A stretch of 60,715 bases of DNA from Gemmatimonadales bacterium (GCA_037385645.1 JARRMU010000024.1:1-60715), one strand, 5' to 3'. Positions 1-10,646 are shown, counted from the stretch's first letter. Notes: generated by a model not told the origin, from the letters alone. Translations and numbers: made by a program.

Positions 1-1
1 T

Positions 2-1147
2 GGAAGAAACGGCATAGAGAGCCACAAGCTCTCCTCCGTCCAGGATGGGGAGAGGGGGGCGGCCGAGGGGGGCCCCTTCGACTGGGTGGCAGTGAAGAAC
101 AAGTACTTCCTGATTGCATACTTGGAGACCGAGGGAAGCCCGGGCTTCTCCGGGGTTCTCCTGGACGGTCTGCCCGACCAGAACGCGGCCCGGATGACGG
201 CCACGCTTCCCGTGCCTGCGGGATCTCCGCAGTTCTCCTTCGACGGCTACCTCGGACCGCAGGACTACGGACGCCTGAGGGCGATCGGCAACGACCTGCA
301 CAACGTGAACCCGGTCGGCTGGCGATGGCTCCAGCCCGTGATCCGGCCCCTGGTCGCGATCGTCATGGTGATCCTGAGCTGGATGCACGAGACCTTGAGT
401 CTGGCGTACGGCTGGGTGCTCATCCTATTTGGCGTCCTGATGCGGATCGTCCTCTTTCCGCTGTACCAGAAGTCGATGCGTGCGCAGATGGCGCAGATGC
501 GGGTGCAGCCGCTGATGAAGGACATTCGGGAGAACTACAAGGACGAGCCGCAGCGCATGCAGCAGGAGATGATGCGACTCTATAAGGAGCACAACATCAA
601 CCCGCTGGCTGGCTGCCTGCCGATGATGCTCCCCTTCCCGGTTCTGATCACGCTCTTCTTCGTCTTCCGGAACACGATCGTGTTCCGGGGAGTCCCGTTC
701 CTCTGGCTCCCGGACCTCTCTCTCAAGGACCCGCTTTACATCATCCCGTTGCTCATGGGGGGCTCGATGTTCCTGCTCACGTGGATCGGCCAACGGGGTA
801 TGGAGCAGACGGCACAGACGAGAATGATGGGCTACGGGATGCCGATTATGTTCACCTTCCTGTTCGCCAATTTCCCTTCCGGGCTGAACCTCTACTACGC
901 TACAAGCAACTTCGCCTCCCTTCCGCAACAGCTCTACATAGCTCGGGAGCGACAGAAGGCTAAGGTCACCGGGCCATCCGCCGATGGAGGTGGGGCGACT
1001 ACGGTGGCGGACAAGCCCGCAGGTTCGGCGGACGCTCGGAAGCCGGGGGGCGGAAAGGCCGGGAAGAAGGGGGGCGGGGGAGGCAGGAAGGCCGGTGAGA
1101 GGAAGAAGCGTGCTTCTTCGGCCAGGAAGCGCTCCTCCAAGCGATAG
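2..1147 (+). CDS. yidC: Membrane protein insertase YidC (5' part outside window)
   Basis: Frame is open from base 2. Motifs [51 protein letters not shown]. Lies upstream of mnmE as in the usual origin cluster. Confidence 0.97.
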   Translation, partial: GRNGIESHKLSSVQDGERGAAEGGPFDWVAVKNKYFLIAYLETEGSPGFSGVLLDGLPDQNAARMTATLPVPAGSPQFSFDGYLGPQDYGRLRAIGNDLHNVNPVGWRWLQPVIRPLVAIVMVILSWMHETLSLAYGWVLILFGVLMRIVLFPLYQKSMRAQMAQMRVQPLMKDIRENYKDEPQRMQQEMMRLYKEHNINPLAGCLPMMLPFPVLITLFFVFRNTIVFRGVPFLWLPDLSLKDPLYIIPLLMGGSMFLLTWIGQRGMEQTAQTRMMGYGMPIMFTFLFANFPSGLNLYYATSNFASLPQQLYIARERQKAKVTGPSADGGGATTVADKPAGSADARKPGGGKAGKKGGGGGRKAGERKKRASSARKRSSKR

Positions 1148-1176
1148 TCGGCCGTAGTCGCGTCAGGCAAAGGAGA

Positions 1177-2571
1177 ATGAAGGGACGAGACGGGGCCCTT
1201 CCGGCCGACACGATCGCCGCCATCTCGACGGCTCCCGGGCGAGCGGGAATCTCGGTCGTGCGTGTCAGCGGACCGGAGGCCGTCAAGGTGGCGGGGAGGT
1301 TGAGTATTCCGGACCTTCCTCCGCGCCAAGCCACGCTCGCACCCGTTCATCATCCCGAAGACGGCCGGATGGTGGACCGAGCCGTCATCACGCTTCATTG
1401 CGCTCCGTCATCCTACACAGGTGAGGATCTCCTCGAGATCAGTGGGCACGGAGGCTATCTCGTGCCCCAGTTGATCCTCGACGCTGCGTGCGCGGCCGGT
1501 GCCCGTCTCGCGAGGCCTGGCGAGTTCACGCTGCGAGCCTTTCTAAACGGCAGAATCGACCTCGTGCAAGCCGAGGCGACGTTGGACCTCATCGACGCCC
1601 GCTCCGAGGCGGCACACAAGTCGGCGCTCTTCCAGCTGGAGCGAGGGCTTTCACGGCGGATCGACGCGCTGCGAGATGAGCTGATAGGCCTGTTGGCGCT
1701 GCTCGCGTACGAGATCGACTTCCAAGAAGAGAATGAGGACTCCGTCCCGGCTTCAAGGATTACAAGCGCCGCCGATTCGCTAACCCGAGGCCTCCGCGAG
1801 CTTCTGCTGCACGCGCCGGAGGGCGAGATGGTACGGGACGGAGCGCTCACGGTGATCGTTGGCCGCCCCAATGCCGGTAAGTCTAGTTTATTCAACGCGT
1901 TACTGGGTGAGGACCGGGCGATCGTTACGGAGCTCCCGGGAACGACGAGGGATGCGATCGAGGCCATCCTCAGCATCGAGGGCTATCCATTTCGTCTGGT
2001 AGACACGGCTGGGATAAGAAGCCGACCTGGAAAGGTCGAGGGCCTTGGTATCGAGGTGGCCGAGAGCTATTTGCAGAAGGCCGATATGGTCTTGTTCTGT
2101 GCCGAGGCAGGCCGCCCCCTGGGCGCCGAGGAGCGGGCGTTCCTAGAGAGGTGGACGGATGAGGGGACGGCGGTCCGGCTGGGAAGCTCGAGACCTGTCG
2201 TGATCACGGTGCGAACCAAGGCGAGTGTATCGGCGCCGAACGCATCGGTAGCCGCGGGCGAGGTGGAGACCTCTGCGGTCGAGGGCCGAGGCCTCGAGTC
2301 GTTACGAAGCCGTATGCTGGATGCTGCCTACGCGGGTCTGCGCGATTCCGGCGAGATGCCGCTGGTGACCCGCCGACGACAGTCGAGGGCTCTAAGAAAA
2401 GCGCTGGAAGATGTGGAAGCCTTTGTGTTACAACGCGATACGGGACATCCGCCTGAGATTGCCGAGACCCATCTACAGGACGCGCAGCATGCTCTCGAAG
2501 AGCTCCTGGGTGTTGTCGACACCGAAGATGTTCTGAGCGAACTTTTCTCGGGTTTCTGCGTCGGGAAGTGA
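1177..2571 (+). CDS. mnmE: tRNA modification GTPase MnmE
   Basis: [42 protein letters not shown] and C-terminal FCVGK. AAGGAG RBS. Confidence 0.98.
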   Translation: MKGRDGALPADTIAAISTAPGRAGISVVRVSGPEAVKVAGRLSIPDLPPRQATLAPVHHPEDGRMVDRAVITLHCAPSSYTGEDLLEISGHGGYLVPQLILDAACAAGARLARPGEFTLRAFLNGRIDLVQAEATLDLIDARSEAAHKSALFQLERGLSRRIDALRDELIGLLALLAYEIDFQEENEDSVPASRITSAADSLTRGLRELLLHAPEGEMVRDGALTVIVGRPNAGKSSLFNALLGEDRAIVTELPGTTRDAIEAILSIEGYPFRLVDTAGIRSRPGKVEGLGIEVAESYLQKADMVLFCAEAGRPLGAEERAFLERWTDEGTAVRLGSSRPVVITVRTKASVSAPNASVAAGEVETSAVEGRGLESLRSRMLDAAYAGLRDSGEMPLVTRRRQSRALRKALEDVEAFVLQRDTGHPPEIAETHLQDAQHALEELLGVVDTEDVLSELFSGFCVGK

Positions 2572-2695
2572 ATTCCCGACGGCCGGTATCAGGGCGGAAG
2601 GGGCTCGCAGGCGTGGATCGCCGCCTCACGCCACCACTTTACCGCTCTGCAAAGCGGCCGGAGACCTCGTGGACGTCCCCTGGCCCGGCGTCCAA

Positions 2696-3490
2696 CTAGG
2701 CCGCGCGCTGGCAGCGCACGCAGACGAACGTCTTGCGGCCCTTGAGAGTGATGGTGGTGAGCTCCGTGCTGCAGCGGGGACACGCGGCTCCGTTCCCACG
2801 ATGGTTGATCAACCAGCCGGGATCTGCATGTGCCGCCTGCCAGTGGAGGGTCGCCCTGCGAAGGACGCGCCGTAGATAGAGGTGCACACGCTCCAGCTGG
2901 CGCTCGCTCATCGCGCCGATCTTCAGATCGGGCCGATAGCCGGCCTGAAAGCAGATCTCGTCTGCGTACTCATTCCCGATGCCGGCAATGGCGGCGGGAT
3001 TCATCAGGAAGCCCTTGAGGGAGCTGCGTGGGTGCGCGATGGCGAGCTCCACGAAGGTCTCGACCGTCAGGTCTTCGCTCAGCGGGTCGATGCCGAGACT
3101 CTCCGGCCCACCCAAGGCGGCAAGGTCGCTGCCCTCGACGAGGCGCACCGTGTCGCGCGTTCCGGGCGCGTCAAACCGCAATTCGCGACCCGCGGCGAAT
3201 TGCAGCCGGATGCCGCTGCTCTCGTCGGGCGGTACCGTCTGCGATTCCAGATAGATTCGGCCTTCGTCGCCCATGTCGAACACGAGACTGTACTCGGAGC
3301 GGAAGCGAAGGACGATATTCTTCCCGTGTCTCTCGATGGTGTCGATCGCGTGGGACTCGATCTTCTCGCTCGCGAGCTTGGGGTCGACGTCCAAATCCGG
3401 ATCATCGATGAGGACGGCCGAGATCGTCTTGCCGGTCGCGTAGCCGGCGAACCCCTCTATCATGCGCTCTACATCGGGAAGCTCTATCAC
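2696..3490 (-). CDS. Fpg/Nei-family DNA glycosylase-like protein (atypical N-terminus MIELPDVE)
   Basis: GTG start 6 nt after GGAGGT. ELPDVE, RHGK, H2TH motif IAGIGNEYADEI and C-terminal CPRC...CVRCQ zinc finger. Confidence 0.88.
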   Translation of the reverse strand: MIELPDVERMIEGFAGYATGKTISAVLIDDPDLDVDPKLASEKIESHAIDTIERHGKNIVLRFRSEYSLVFDMGDEGRIYLESQTVPPDESSGIRLQFAAGRELRFDAPGTRDTVRLVEGSDLAALGGPESLGIDPLSEDLTVETFVELAIAHPRSSLKGFLMNPAAIAGIGNEYADEICFQAGYRPDLKIGAMSERQLERVHLYLRRVLRRATLHWQAAHADPGWLINHRGNGAACPRCSTELTTITLKGRKTFVCVRCQRAA

Positions 3491-3591
3491 CGCGTCACCT
3501 CCAAAGCCCAAAGGAAGGTCGCCGCCCGTCGAAAGTGGGCCGAAAGGGATACACCGGATATTCTCGAAAGTGCCGGCGGAGTCCGCTGCGC

Positions 3592-3900
3592 TCAGAGAGC
3601 GATCTGGAAGCTCTCCGGCAAGCCGCCTCGGCATGGAATCTCCTCGACCGAGACGACCCTCGCTTGGCGCGGGCCGGTCCGAATCCTCTCGATGAAGGCC
3701 TGAACTCGAGCGATCGGACCCGCCACGTGGATCTCCACCGAGCCGTCGGGAAGGTTCCTCACCGTTCCCCGCAGCGAAAGTTCCCCAGCTAGCTCTCGCG
3801 TCCACCACCGGAATCCGACGCCCTGCACGCGGCCGCGGATCAGCATGCCGCGGCGTGCCTCCTCGGGCGGGGCGTTGTCCAAGGTATCGTTGGCTATCAT
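3592..3900 (-). CDS. acyP: Acylphosphatase
   Basis: GRVQGVGFR and GTVRNLPDGSVE signatures. About 100 aa; start approximate. Confidence 0.93.
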   Translation of the reverse strand: MIANDTLDNAPPEEARRGMLIRGRVQGVGFRWWTRELAGELSLRGTVRNLPDGSVEIHVAGPIARVQAFIERIRTGPRQARVVSVEEIPCRGGLPESFQIAL

Positions 3901-4026
3901 GGGACCCATTCTCGAGGTGCAAGGTAGTGCGATCGGCTGCGAACTGCGCGCATGCGGCGCGGAGGTCGGCCAGCCATATTCACGAGCGATCTGACCCGCA
4001 TCGGTGTCACGGTAATCTGGCGAGGC

Positions 4027-5952
4027 ATGGCGAGACGTATGAGGACGAGCTACGACGTGATCGTTGTGGGAGGCGGCCACGCGGGGTGCGAGGCCGCGAA
4101 CGTTGCGGGCAGGTTGGGTGCAAGTACGCTGCTGATCACGAGTGTACTGGCGCGTGTCGCTCAGATGTCGTGCAACCCGGCCATAGGGGGGATCGCAAAA
4201 GGCACCGTCGCGCGGGAGGTGGATGCGCTGGGAGGCCTGATGGGCCGGGCGACCGACCGCTCTACCCTACATTTCAGGATGCTCAATCGATCCAAGGGAC
4301 CGGCCGTCTGGGCTCCACGGGCGCAGTGCGACCGTGGGCTCTATCCCAGGGCCATCCGCACGCTGCTGGAGGAGAACGAGCGCGTTGATCTCTACCAGGG
4401 CATGGTCGCCGCGCTCCGGCTCCGCGGAGGCCGCGTGTGCGGTGTCTCGTGCGCCGATGGCAGCGAGTTCAGGTCGGAGCGAGTAATCCTCACAGCGGGG
4501 ACGTTCCTGCGGGGCAGCATCAAGATGGGTGTGAGCAGGAGCATCGCCGCAGGTCGCGCGGGGGATCCTCCTTCCGTCGCGCTCGCCGAACAGCTGCAGG
4601 AGATCGGGCTGGCCGCCGAGCGATTCAAGACGGGAACACCTCCGAGGGTGGACGGCCGGAGCGTGGACTTTACGAAGTTTGCGCGACAGGAGAGTGAGCA
4701 GGGGCCACTGAGATTCTCTCATTGGGAAAGAACGGGGGGTCTCGCCCGGATGCCGTGCTGGATTGGCGCTGCAGGCCCGGGGGTTCGCGAGGTCGTCGAG
4801 GAGAATCTGAGCCAATCCGCGATGTACGGCGGGGCCATCGCCTCGCGTGGTCCGCGCTACTGTCCCTCGATCGAGGACAAAGTCAAGAAGTTCCCGGAGG
4901 CGGAGAGCCACCAGCTCTTCCTTGAGCCCGAAGGTCTGGAGACGAACGAGCTCTACGTGAACGGACTCTCCACGTCGATGCCGCCCGACGTCCAGCGCGA
5001 GTTCCTGGCGCGGGTGCCCGGCCTCGAGAATGCCCGGATGACACAGCCAGGCTACGCCATCGAGTACGACTTCTTCCCGCCACAGCAGCTCGATCCGACC
5101 CTGGAGCTCAAGCTTCTGCGGGGCCTCTACTTGGCGGGCCAGATCAACGGAACCACGGGTTACGAGGAGGCGGCGGGACAAGGAATCGTAGCCGGCATCA
5201 ACGCCGGGCTTGCCGCTCTCGAGCGGGAGGCCTGGATACCGGGCCGCGATGAGGCATACCTCGGCGTCCTGGTCGATGATCTGGTGACCAGGGGAGTGGA
5301 CGAGCCATATCGTCTTTTCACGTCTCGGGCAGAGTTTCGCCTCACACTGCGGCAGGACAACTGCCTGGAACGGCTGGGCCCCGTCGCAGAGAGGCTTGGA
5401 ACGCTCACCGAGGAAGAAGTCGGACATCTTCACCGGTTCCAGGAGGAGCTGGGGCGGGCGAGAACCTGGGCCAGAACGACGAGCCTTGAGCCGAAAGCCG
5501 TGAACGGGCACCTGCAGGAGTGGGGCACGACCCCGCTGTCGCAGAAGCAACCGCTGCACGTCCTGCTGAAGCGACCGCAGGTGCGGCTCGAAGACCTGGT
5601 GGGCGCAGGCGGGCCGCTTCAGACGATGAGCTTCGATCCCGACGTACTTGCGCTGGTCGAGATGGAGCTGAAGTACGAGGGTTACCTTGGCCGCGAGCGG
5701 GAGCGCGTGGAATCGCTACGTCGTCGCGAGAGCATGCCGCTGCCTGCAGCGCCGCTCTATCTGGAGATGGGATCGCTTTCTATCGAGGCGCGGCAGAAGC
5801 TCGAGCACGTACGACCACGGACGCTGGGTCAAGCGGCCAGAATTCCAGGGATTTCGCCGGCTGACTTACAGAACCTCCTCGTGGAACTAAGGAGGCGTCA
5901 GCTTTCGGGATCGTTGGGGGATATCGGCGAAAGCGAAGCGGCGACGAGGTGA
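4027..5952 (+). CDS. mnmG: tRNA uridine 5-carboxymethylaminomethyl modification enzyme MnmG (GidA)
   Basis: YDVIVVGGGHAG, MSCNPAIGG, SKGPAV, RFKTGTPPR, GPRYCPSIEDK, AGQINGTTGYEEAA. Confidence 0.98.
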   Translation: MARRMRTSYDVIVVGGGHAGCEAANVAGRLGASTLLITSVLARVAQMSCNPAIGGIAKGTVAREVDALGGLMGRATDRSTLHFRMLNRSKGPAVWAPRAQCDRGLYPRAIRTLLEENERVDLYQGMVAALRLRGGRVCGVSCADGSEFRSERVILTAGTFLRGSIKMGVSRSIAAGRAGDPPSVALAEQLQEIGLAAERFKTGTPPRVDGRSVDFTKFARQESEQGPLRFSHWERTGGLARMPCWIGAAGPGVREVVEENLSQSAMYGGAIASRGPRYCPSIEDKVKKFPEAESHQLFLEPEGLETNELYVNGLSTSMPPDVQREFLARVPGLENARMTQPGYAIEYDFFPPQQLDPTLELKLLRGLYLAGQINGTTGYEEAAGQGIVAGINAGLAALEREAWIPGRDEAYLGVLVDDLVTRGVDEPYRLFTSRAEFRLTLRQDNCLERLGPVAERLGTLTEEEVGHLHRFQEELGRARTWARTTSLEPKAVNGHLQEWGTTPLSQKQPLHVLLKRPQVRLEDLVGAGGPLQTMSFDPDVLALVEMELKYEGYLGRERERVESLRRRESMPLPAAPLYLEMGSLSIEARQKLEHVRPRTLGQAARIPGISPADLQNLLVELRRRQLSGSLGDIGESEAATR

Positions 5953-5997
5953 GCGTGCGAGCCGACGGGGGGCAGCCGGTCTGTTTGGCGGAGAAGA

Positions 5998-6013
5998 TGT
6001 TCCACGTGAAACA
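5998..6013. promoter_or_regulatory. parS site 1 (TGTTCCACGTGAAACA)
   Basis: Matches the 16-bp parS consensus TGTTNCACGTGAAACA; lies upstream of parAB. Confidence 0.93.
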
Positions 6014-6116
6014 CGCCCCGCGCGCGTACGCATCCGCGGGCGTTTCGCCCTCTCCTCGACCCCGCGGATGAGAGGGTTGTTCGGGTTAAGATCATGATAT
6101 CAAGGCACATCGGTTG

Positions 6117-6125
6117 TTTTCCACA
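6117..6125 (+). promoter_or_regulatory. Possible DnaA box (TTTTCCACA)
   Basis: Matches TTWTNCACA between the two parS sites; only one copy seen. Confidence 0.4.
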
Positions 6126-6139
6126 AACGTGGAACGCTG

Positions 6140-6155
6140 TGTTCCACGTGGAACA
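6140..6155. promoter_or_regulatory. parS site 2 (perfect palindrome TGTTCCACGTGGAACA)
   Basis: Perfect 16-bp palindrome of parS type about 200 bp upstream of parA. Confidence 0.95.
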
Positions 6156-6351
6156 GTCTACGCTTGGCGCGGCTACCGACCCGGCTCTATATTGCCCCGT
6201 CCCGATCATCCGTCCTCAACCAAGCGGCGGTTTCAGCTGTCTTCGACTCGACACGATACGCGCGAATATGGCAGGGCAATCTCCCGCACTCGCTGTGGGC
6301 GATGGGCCATGAAGGCGCTGGAGCCCGCTGCTTGATCCCGCAGAGGAACGA

Positions 6352-7137
6352 ATGAGCCGGATCATCTCTATCGCCAATCAGAAGGGCGGTGTCGGGAAGA
6401 CCACGACGGCTATAAACCTCGGTGCTTCGCTCGCGATCGCGGAGCGACGGACCTTGGTGGTTGACTGCGATCCCCAAGGGAACGCGACCAGCGGCTACGG
6501 GATTCGCAAGAACGCAAGCAGGCCATCGGTTTACGAGTGCGTCGTCGAGGGAAAGCCGCTGTCTGACGCGATCCACCACGAGGTCCATTTTCCGTATCTG
6601 GACGTAGCCCCCGCGAGCAGAGACCTGGCGGGCGCCGAAGTGGAGCTCATGGAACGGCCCAACCGCAACCGGCGACTGCGGAGGGCCCTCGAGCCGATTC
6701 GCGGCTCGTACGACTACGTTCTTGTGGATTCACCGCCTTCGCTGGGCGTATTGACCCTGAATGCGCTCACCGCCTCGGATTCCGTCATCATACCCATTCA
6801 GTGCGAGTTCTACGCGCTCGAGGGACTGAGTCAGCTTCTTAACACCGTGCGTTTAGTGCAGCGTAACATCAACCAGGAGCTACAGATCGAGGGTGTGCTC
6901 CTCACGATGTACGATTCCCGCCTCAATCTGTCGAAGCAAGTGGCGGCCGAAGCCAGGGAGTATTTCGGTAGAAAGGTCTTCGACACCATGATACCGAGGA
7001 ACATCCGGTTGGCCGAAGCGCCGAGCTTCGGTAAGCCGATCGCCTTATACGACGTGCTTTCAACCGGAGCCCGTGGCTATCTGAGCCTCGCGAACGAACT
7101 GATCGAGCGCGACGAACCGACGAGGAAGGTTGGCTAA
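6352..7137 (+). CDS. parA: Chromosome partitioning ATPase ParA/Soj
   Basis: Deviant Walker A NQKGGVGKTTT, DPQGNAT, DSPPSLG, PRNIRLAEAPSFGKP. Confidence 0.97.
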   Translation: MSRIISIANQKGGVGKTTTAINLGASLAIAERRTLVVDCDPQGNATSGYGIRKNASRPSVYECVVEGKPLSDAIHHEVHFPYLDVAPASRDLAGAEVELMERPNRNRRLRRALEPIRGSYDYVLVDSPPSLGVLTLNALTASDSVIIPIQCEFYALEGLSQLLNTVRLVQRNINQELQIEGVLLTMYDSRLNLSKQVAAEAREYFGRKVFDTMIPRNIRLAEAPSFGKPIALYDVLSTGARGYLSLANELIERDEPTRKVG

Positions 7138-8011
7138 GAGCGACACGCGCCTCGGGAGGGGGCTGGGTGCCCTTCTGAGCGAGAATCTGGATGACTTGGA
7201 TGGCTCGGAGTTCGAGCTCGCGCTCGATGACCTGAGTCCGAACCCATATCAGCCCAGGAGTTCCCTCTCCGAAGAGGCGCTCGGGGAGCTGGTGGCTTCG
7301 ATTCGAGAGCACGGGCTTCTTCAACCTCTCGTCGTGCGCAGCCGGGACGCAGGGTGGGAGATCGTCGCGGGTGAGCGTCGCTGGCGGGCGCTGAAGCTGT
7401 TGGGGTGGAAGAGCGCCCCGGTCATCGTGCGCGACCTGACCGACGAGCAGATGCTGCTCGTGGCCCTCGTCGAGAACCTGCAGAGAGAGGAGCTGTCGGC
7501 ACTCGAAGAGGCACGCAGCTACAAGCAGTTGGCGGACCAGTTCGGACTCACCCAGCAGAAGATCGCCGCGCGAGTCGGAAAGGACCGTTCCACAGTCGCC
7601 AACGCCCTGCGGCTGCTCACGCTGCCCGCGTCGGTACAGGAGATGGTGCACGATGGGCGGCTCAGCGCCGGGCACGCGCGCGCTATTCTCGGCTTTCGAG
7701 GCGAGTCTGCCCAGCAGCGCCTGGCCGAGGAGATCGTCTCTCGAGGGCTCTCGGTCCGACAAGCCGAGAGAAAGGTACAGCGGGACCGCGAGCCCCCTTC
7801 GGCTAAGGAGACGCCGAAGAAGGGGACGGGTCCGACCGCAGATCCTTATGTTCGGCGAGCCGAGCAGGTCCTGGAGCGAGCGCTCGGAACCGAGGTGAGC
7901 GTGAAGCTCAAACGGGGGGATGCGGGGGAGATCCACGTCCGGTTCCACGATGCCGAAGACTTTGATCGACTCCTAGGTCTGATGACGGGCCGAACGGCGT
8001 CGGAGCTCTAA
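7130..8011 (+). CDS. parB: Chromosome partitioning protein ParB
   Basis: [47 protein letters not shown]. Overlaps the end of parA. Confidence 0.97.
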   Translation: MAKSDTRLGRGLGALLSENLDDLDGSEFELALDDLSPNPYQPRSSLSEEALGELVASIREHGLLQPLVVRSRDAGWEIVAGERRWRALKLLGWKSAPVIVRDLTDEQMLLVALVENLQREELSALEEARSYKQLADQFGLTQQKIAARVGKDRSTVANALRLLTLPASVQEMVHDGRLSAGHARAILGFRGESAQQRLAEEIVSRGLSVRQAERKVQRDREPPSAKETPKKGTGPTADPYVRRAEQVLERALGTEVSVKLKRGDAGEIHVRFHDAEDFDRLLGLMTGRTASEL

Positions 8012-8024
8012 GCGGGCAAGCGTC

Positions 8025-8792
8025 GTGCTGCGGAATCTGCGGGAACGTACGTGGACGGTCGTCTTTCTCTCCGGGAAGGACACGGAGTCGCACTCCTTTC
8101 GGCTACGGGCCGGCACGGTGGTCCTCGTTGCCTCGGGCGCGGTGGCCCTTCTCATCTCGATTGGGTGGCTGACGGGACGAGCCTGGGAAAGGGTTAGCGA
8201 GGCGGCAAGGACACGCGAACTGGCCGCGGAGGTGGAACGGCTCTCGGCCGAGCGGACTCAGATGATGGAGTTGGCGTCGAGGCTCGAGAGGATGGAGGGA
8301 GATTACCGCCGCCTGCAGAGGGTCCTTGGCAGCAGCTCGGCCGAGGACGCCGGCGATATCTGGCTGCCGCCGCTCGACCCCTCCGGCGAGGCGTTCGGGG
8401 CGGCGGTCCCCTCGGACGGGTCGCTCCAGTGGCCACTCGCGCAGCGAGGATACATCACGCGCTCTCACAGAGCGGACGCAGGGGCGGCACATGCCGGGAT
8501 TGACATCGCAGTGCCAGCGGGCACGTATGTTCGCGCGAGCAGGGGCGGTGTCGTGGCGGATGTCGGGGTGAACAGCAGTTACGGTCGCTACGTGCGAATC
8601 GAGCACGGCGACGACCTCTCCACGCTATACGGTCACAACGCCTGGACGTTCGTGTCGGAAGGTGATTCGGTTGAGACGCTGGAAGTGATAGCGCTTTCAG
8701 GGAGCACGGGACAATCGACGGGACCCCATCTGCACTTCGAGGCGCGGCAGGGAGGCCGAATGATAGACCCGCTGGAGCTGGTGAGTCCGTGA
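8025..8792 (+). CDS. Membrane-anchored M23 family peptidase
   Basis: N-terminal TM helix, coiled coil, HAGIDIA, LYGH, STGPHLHFE. Confidence 0.92.
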   Translation: MLRNLRERTWTVVFLSGKDTESHSFRLRAGTVVLVASGAVALLISIGWLTGRAWERVSEAARTRELAAEVERLSAERTQMMELASRLERMEGDYRRLQRVLGSSSAEDAGDIWLPPLDPSGEAFGAAVPSDGSLQWPLAQRGYITRSHRADAGAAHAGIDIAVPAGTYVRASRGGVVADVGVNSSYGRYVRIEHGDDLSTLYGHNAWTFVSEGDSVETLEVIALSGSTGQSTGPHLHFEARQGGRMIDPLELVSP

Positions 8793-8866
8793 GAAACGCC
8801 GAGTACGAACCCGAGCCCGCCGCCAGACGAGATCTGAGCGCCAACCGTATTGGAAAAGGATAGACG

Positions 8867-9346
8867 ATGGCGAAGGATAACCGAACGGAAAGCCGAGAGC
8901 TGAGTGACGTCGTCTCGATCATCGGGCCCGGGATGCAGGTTGTTGGCGACTGCACGAGCGACGGGGTCGTCCGGATCGAGGGACGCGTGGAGGGGATCAT
9001 CAGAGCTGCGAAGTCGGTCGTAGTGGGGAAGGACGGCTTCGTGACCGGCGACATCGAGACGCAGGACCTCATCGTTGCCGGACGCGTGGCCGGCACGATC
9101 ACGGCGCAGAGCCGCGTTGAGTTGCAGGCCTCCTGCCACGTCGAAGGCGATATACGCAGCCGACGGGTGAAGCTTGAGGAGGGTGGACGGGTCGAGGGTC
9201 GGTTGCACATGGGTGCCGAGACGGCAAAGCGGGAGACGATGCCGAGGAAGGGAGCCGGGCCGACTCCGATCTCTCGTCCCGCCCCTGGCGCCGGGCAAAA
9301 AGGCACCTCTCAGGGCGCACAGGAACCTTCCGGGTCGGACTCCTGA
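8867..9346 (+). CDS. Bactofilin (polymer-forming cytoskeletal protein)
   Basis: Beta-helical repeats SIIGPGMQVVGD / RIEGRVEG / VAGRVAGTI / VEGDI. Confidence 0.93.
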   Translation: MAKDNRTESRELSDVVSIIGPGMQVVGDCTSDGVVRIEGRVEGIIRAAKSVVVGKDGFVTGDIETQDLIVAGRVAGTITAQSRVELQASCHVEGDIRSRRVKLEEGGRVEGRLHMGAETAKRETMPRKGAGPTPISRPAPGAGQKGTSQGAQEPSGSDS

Positions 9347-9503
9347 CGGGCGGCTACACGGTGAGCTGGCGGCAGCTCGTCGGCGCCGTCGCGCTGCGGT
9401 ACGGACGGCCCCGGCTCGCGATCTTCCCTCCGGCGTGCCCGTGCGACCAGCCACCGCGCTGGCCGGACGGCGTGCGACCTCATACCACATCTAGTGCCGG
9501 GTC

Positions 9504-10541
9504 GTGGTGGCTCGGCGCGGGTCTCCGACCACAGCCTTGACGGACGCGCTTCTTTTCCTCGCCGGTTTGATCGCGATCACGTTCGGTGCGGATTGGCTCG
9601 TGACCGGCTCGTCCCGGGTCGCCGCCCGATTAGGCGTGAGCCCTCTGGTCGTCGGCCTCACCGTCGTGGCGTTCGGGACGTCGGCTCCGGAGCTGTTCGT
9701 GAGCAGCTTGGCGGCGCTGCGTGGGCAGGCGGGATTGGCCGTCGGAAACATCATGGGCTCGACCGTTGCCAATGTCGGCCTGATCGCCGGACTCGGAGCC
9801 TTGATACGACCCATCGATGTGAAACGACGCCTGTTGGCGCGTGAGAGCCCGCTCCTGATTCTCGTTCTGATCATCGTGATGCTTCTCTCGTGGAACGACG
9901 CGTTGGGACGGCTCGACGGTTTGGCCCTGATGGCCGGATTCATCATCTACCTGGGCGTCATGCTTCGGATGGAGGGCAGCGGCGCCTTTCATGGCGCGGC
10001 GACGCCGGCGTTGGAACCGGGAGCGACTGCGGACAAAGCTGCCATAGGAGCGGCGGAGCCCGGCACCGCGAGTGGACGCGGCGCGGACCGGACGGTGGCG
10101 CTGCTGTGGTTGCGCACGCTCGTCGGTCTGGTTGCCCTCCTCGTCGGTGCCCATTGGCTCGTCGAGTCGGCGGTGACGATCGCCCGGGTGTTTCAGGTGC
10201 CCGAGGAAGTCATAGGGGCGACGATGGTGGCCCTGGGCACGTCGATCCCGGAGCTGGCGTCGACCGTGGCTGCAGCGATACGTGGTCTGGGCGACATAGC
10301 GATCGGGAACATCATCGGTTCCAACATCTTTAACCTGGGGCTGGTTCTCGGCACGGCGGCCCTTTTAAGCCCCCTGCGCCTCCCGCCTGAAGTCGTTGTG
10401 CGACAGGTTGTTCCAGCGCTTTTCTTCTGCGTGCTGCTCATCCCTCTCGCCTATACAGGCCGTCGGGTGAACCGTGCCGAAGGCTTCGTGCTCCTTTCCC
10501 TCTACGGCGTGTTCGTTTTCACGGTCATCTGGCAGGTCTAA
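9504..10541 (+). CDS. Calcium/sodium antiporter (YrbG family)
   Basis: Two alpha repeats VAFGTSAPE...GNIMGSTVAN and VALGTSIPE...GNIIGSNIFN. Start uncertain. Confidence 0.93.
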   Translation: MVARRGSPTTALTDALLFLAGLIAITFGADWLVTGSSRVAARLGVSPLVVGLTVVAFGTSAPELFVSSLAALRGQAGLAVGNIMGSTVANVGLIAGLGALIRPIDVKRRLLARESPLLILVLIIVMLLSWNDALGRLDGLALMAGFIIYLGVMLRMEGSGAFHGAATPALEPGATADKAAIGAAEPGTASGRGADRTVALLWLRTLVGLVALLVGAHWLVESAVTIARVFQVPEEVIGATMVALGTSIPELASTVAAAIRGLGDIAIGNIIGSNIFNLGLVLGTAALLSPLRLPPEVVVRQVVPALFFCVLLIPLAYTGRRVNRAEGFVLLSLYGVFVFTVIWQV

Positions 10542-10646
10542 GAACCAGGCGAGCCGGGCCTGCGCAGTACCGCAGGCCTCCTGCTCCGACACGGGCGATC
10601 GCCGGGCAGGGAGATCCGACGGCAGACCCGACCGGCGGTGCTCCTT

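Noticed and set aside
3491-3922. N-terminal extension of the 408-aa Fpg ORF
   Set aside because: Overlaps acyP in another frame; the RBS and family motif place the start at 3490.
5953-6351. oriC
   Set aside because: Only one DnaA-like box and no clear AT-rich unwinding element; the origin more likely lies near dnaA outside the window.
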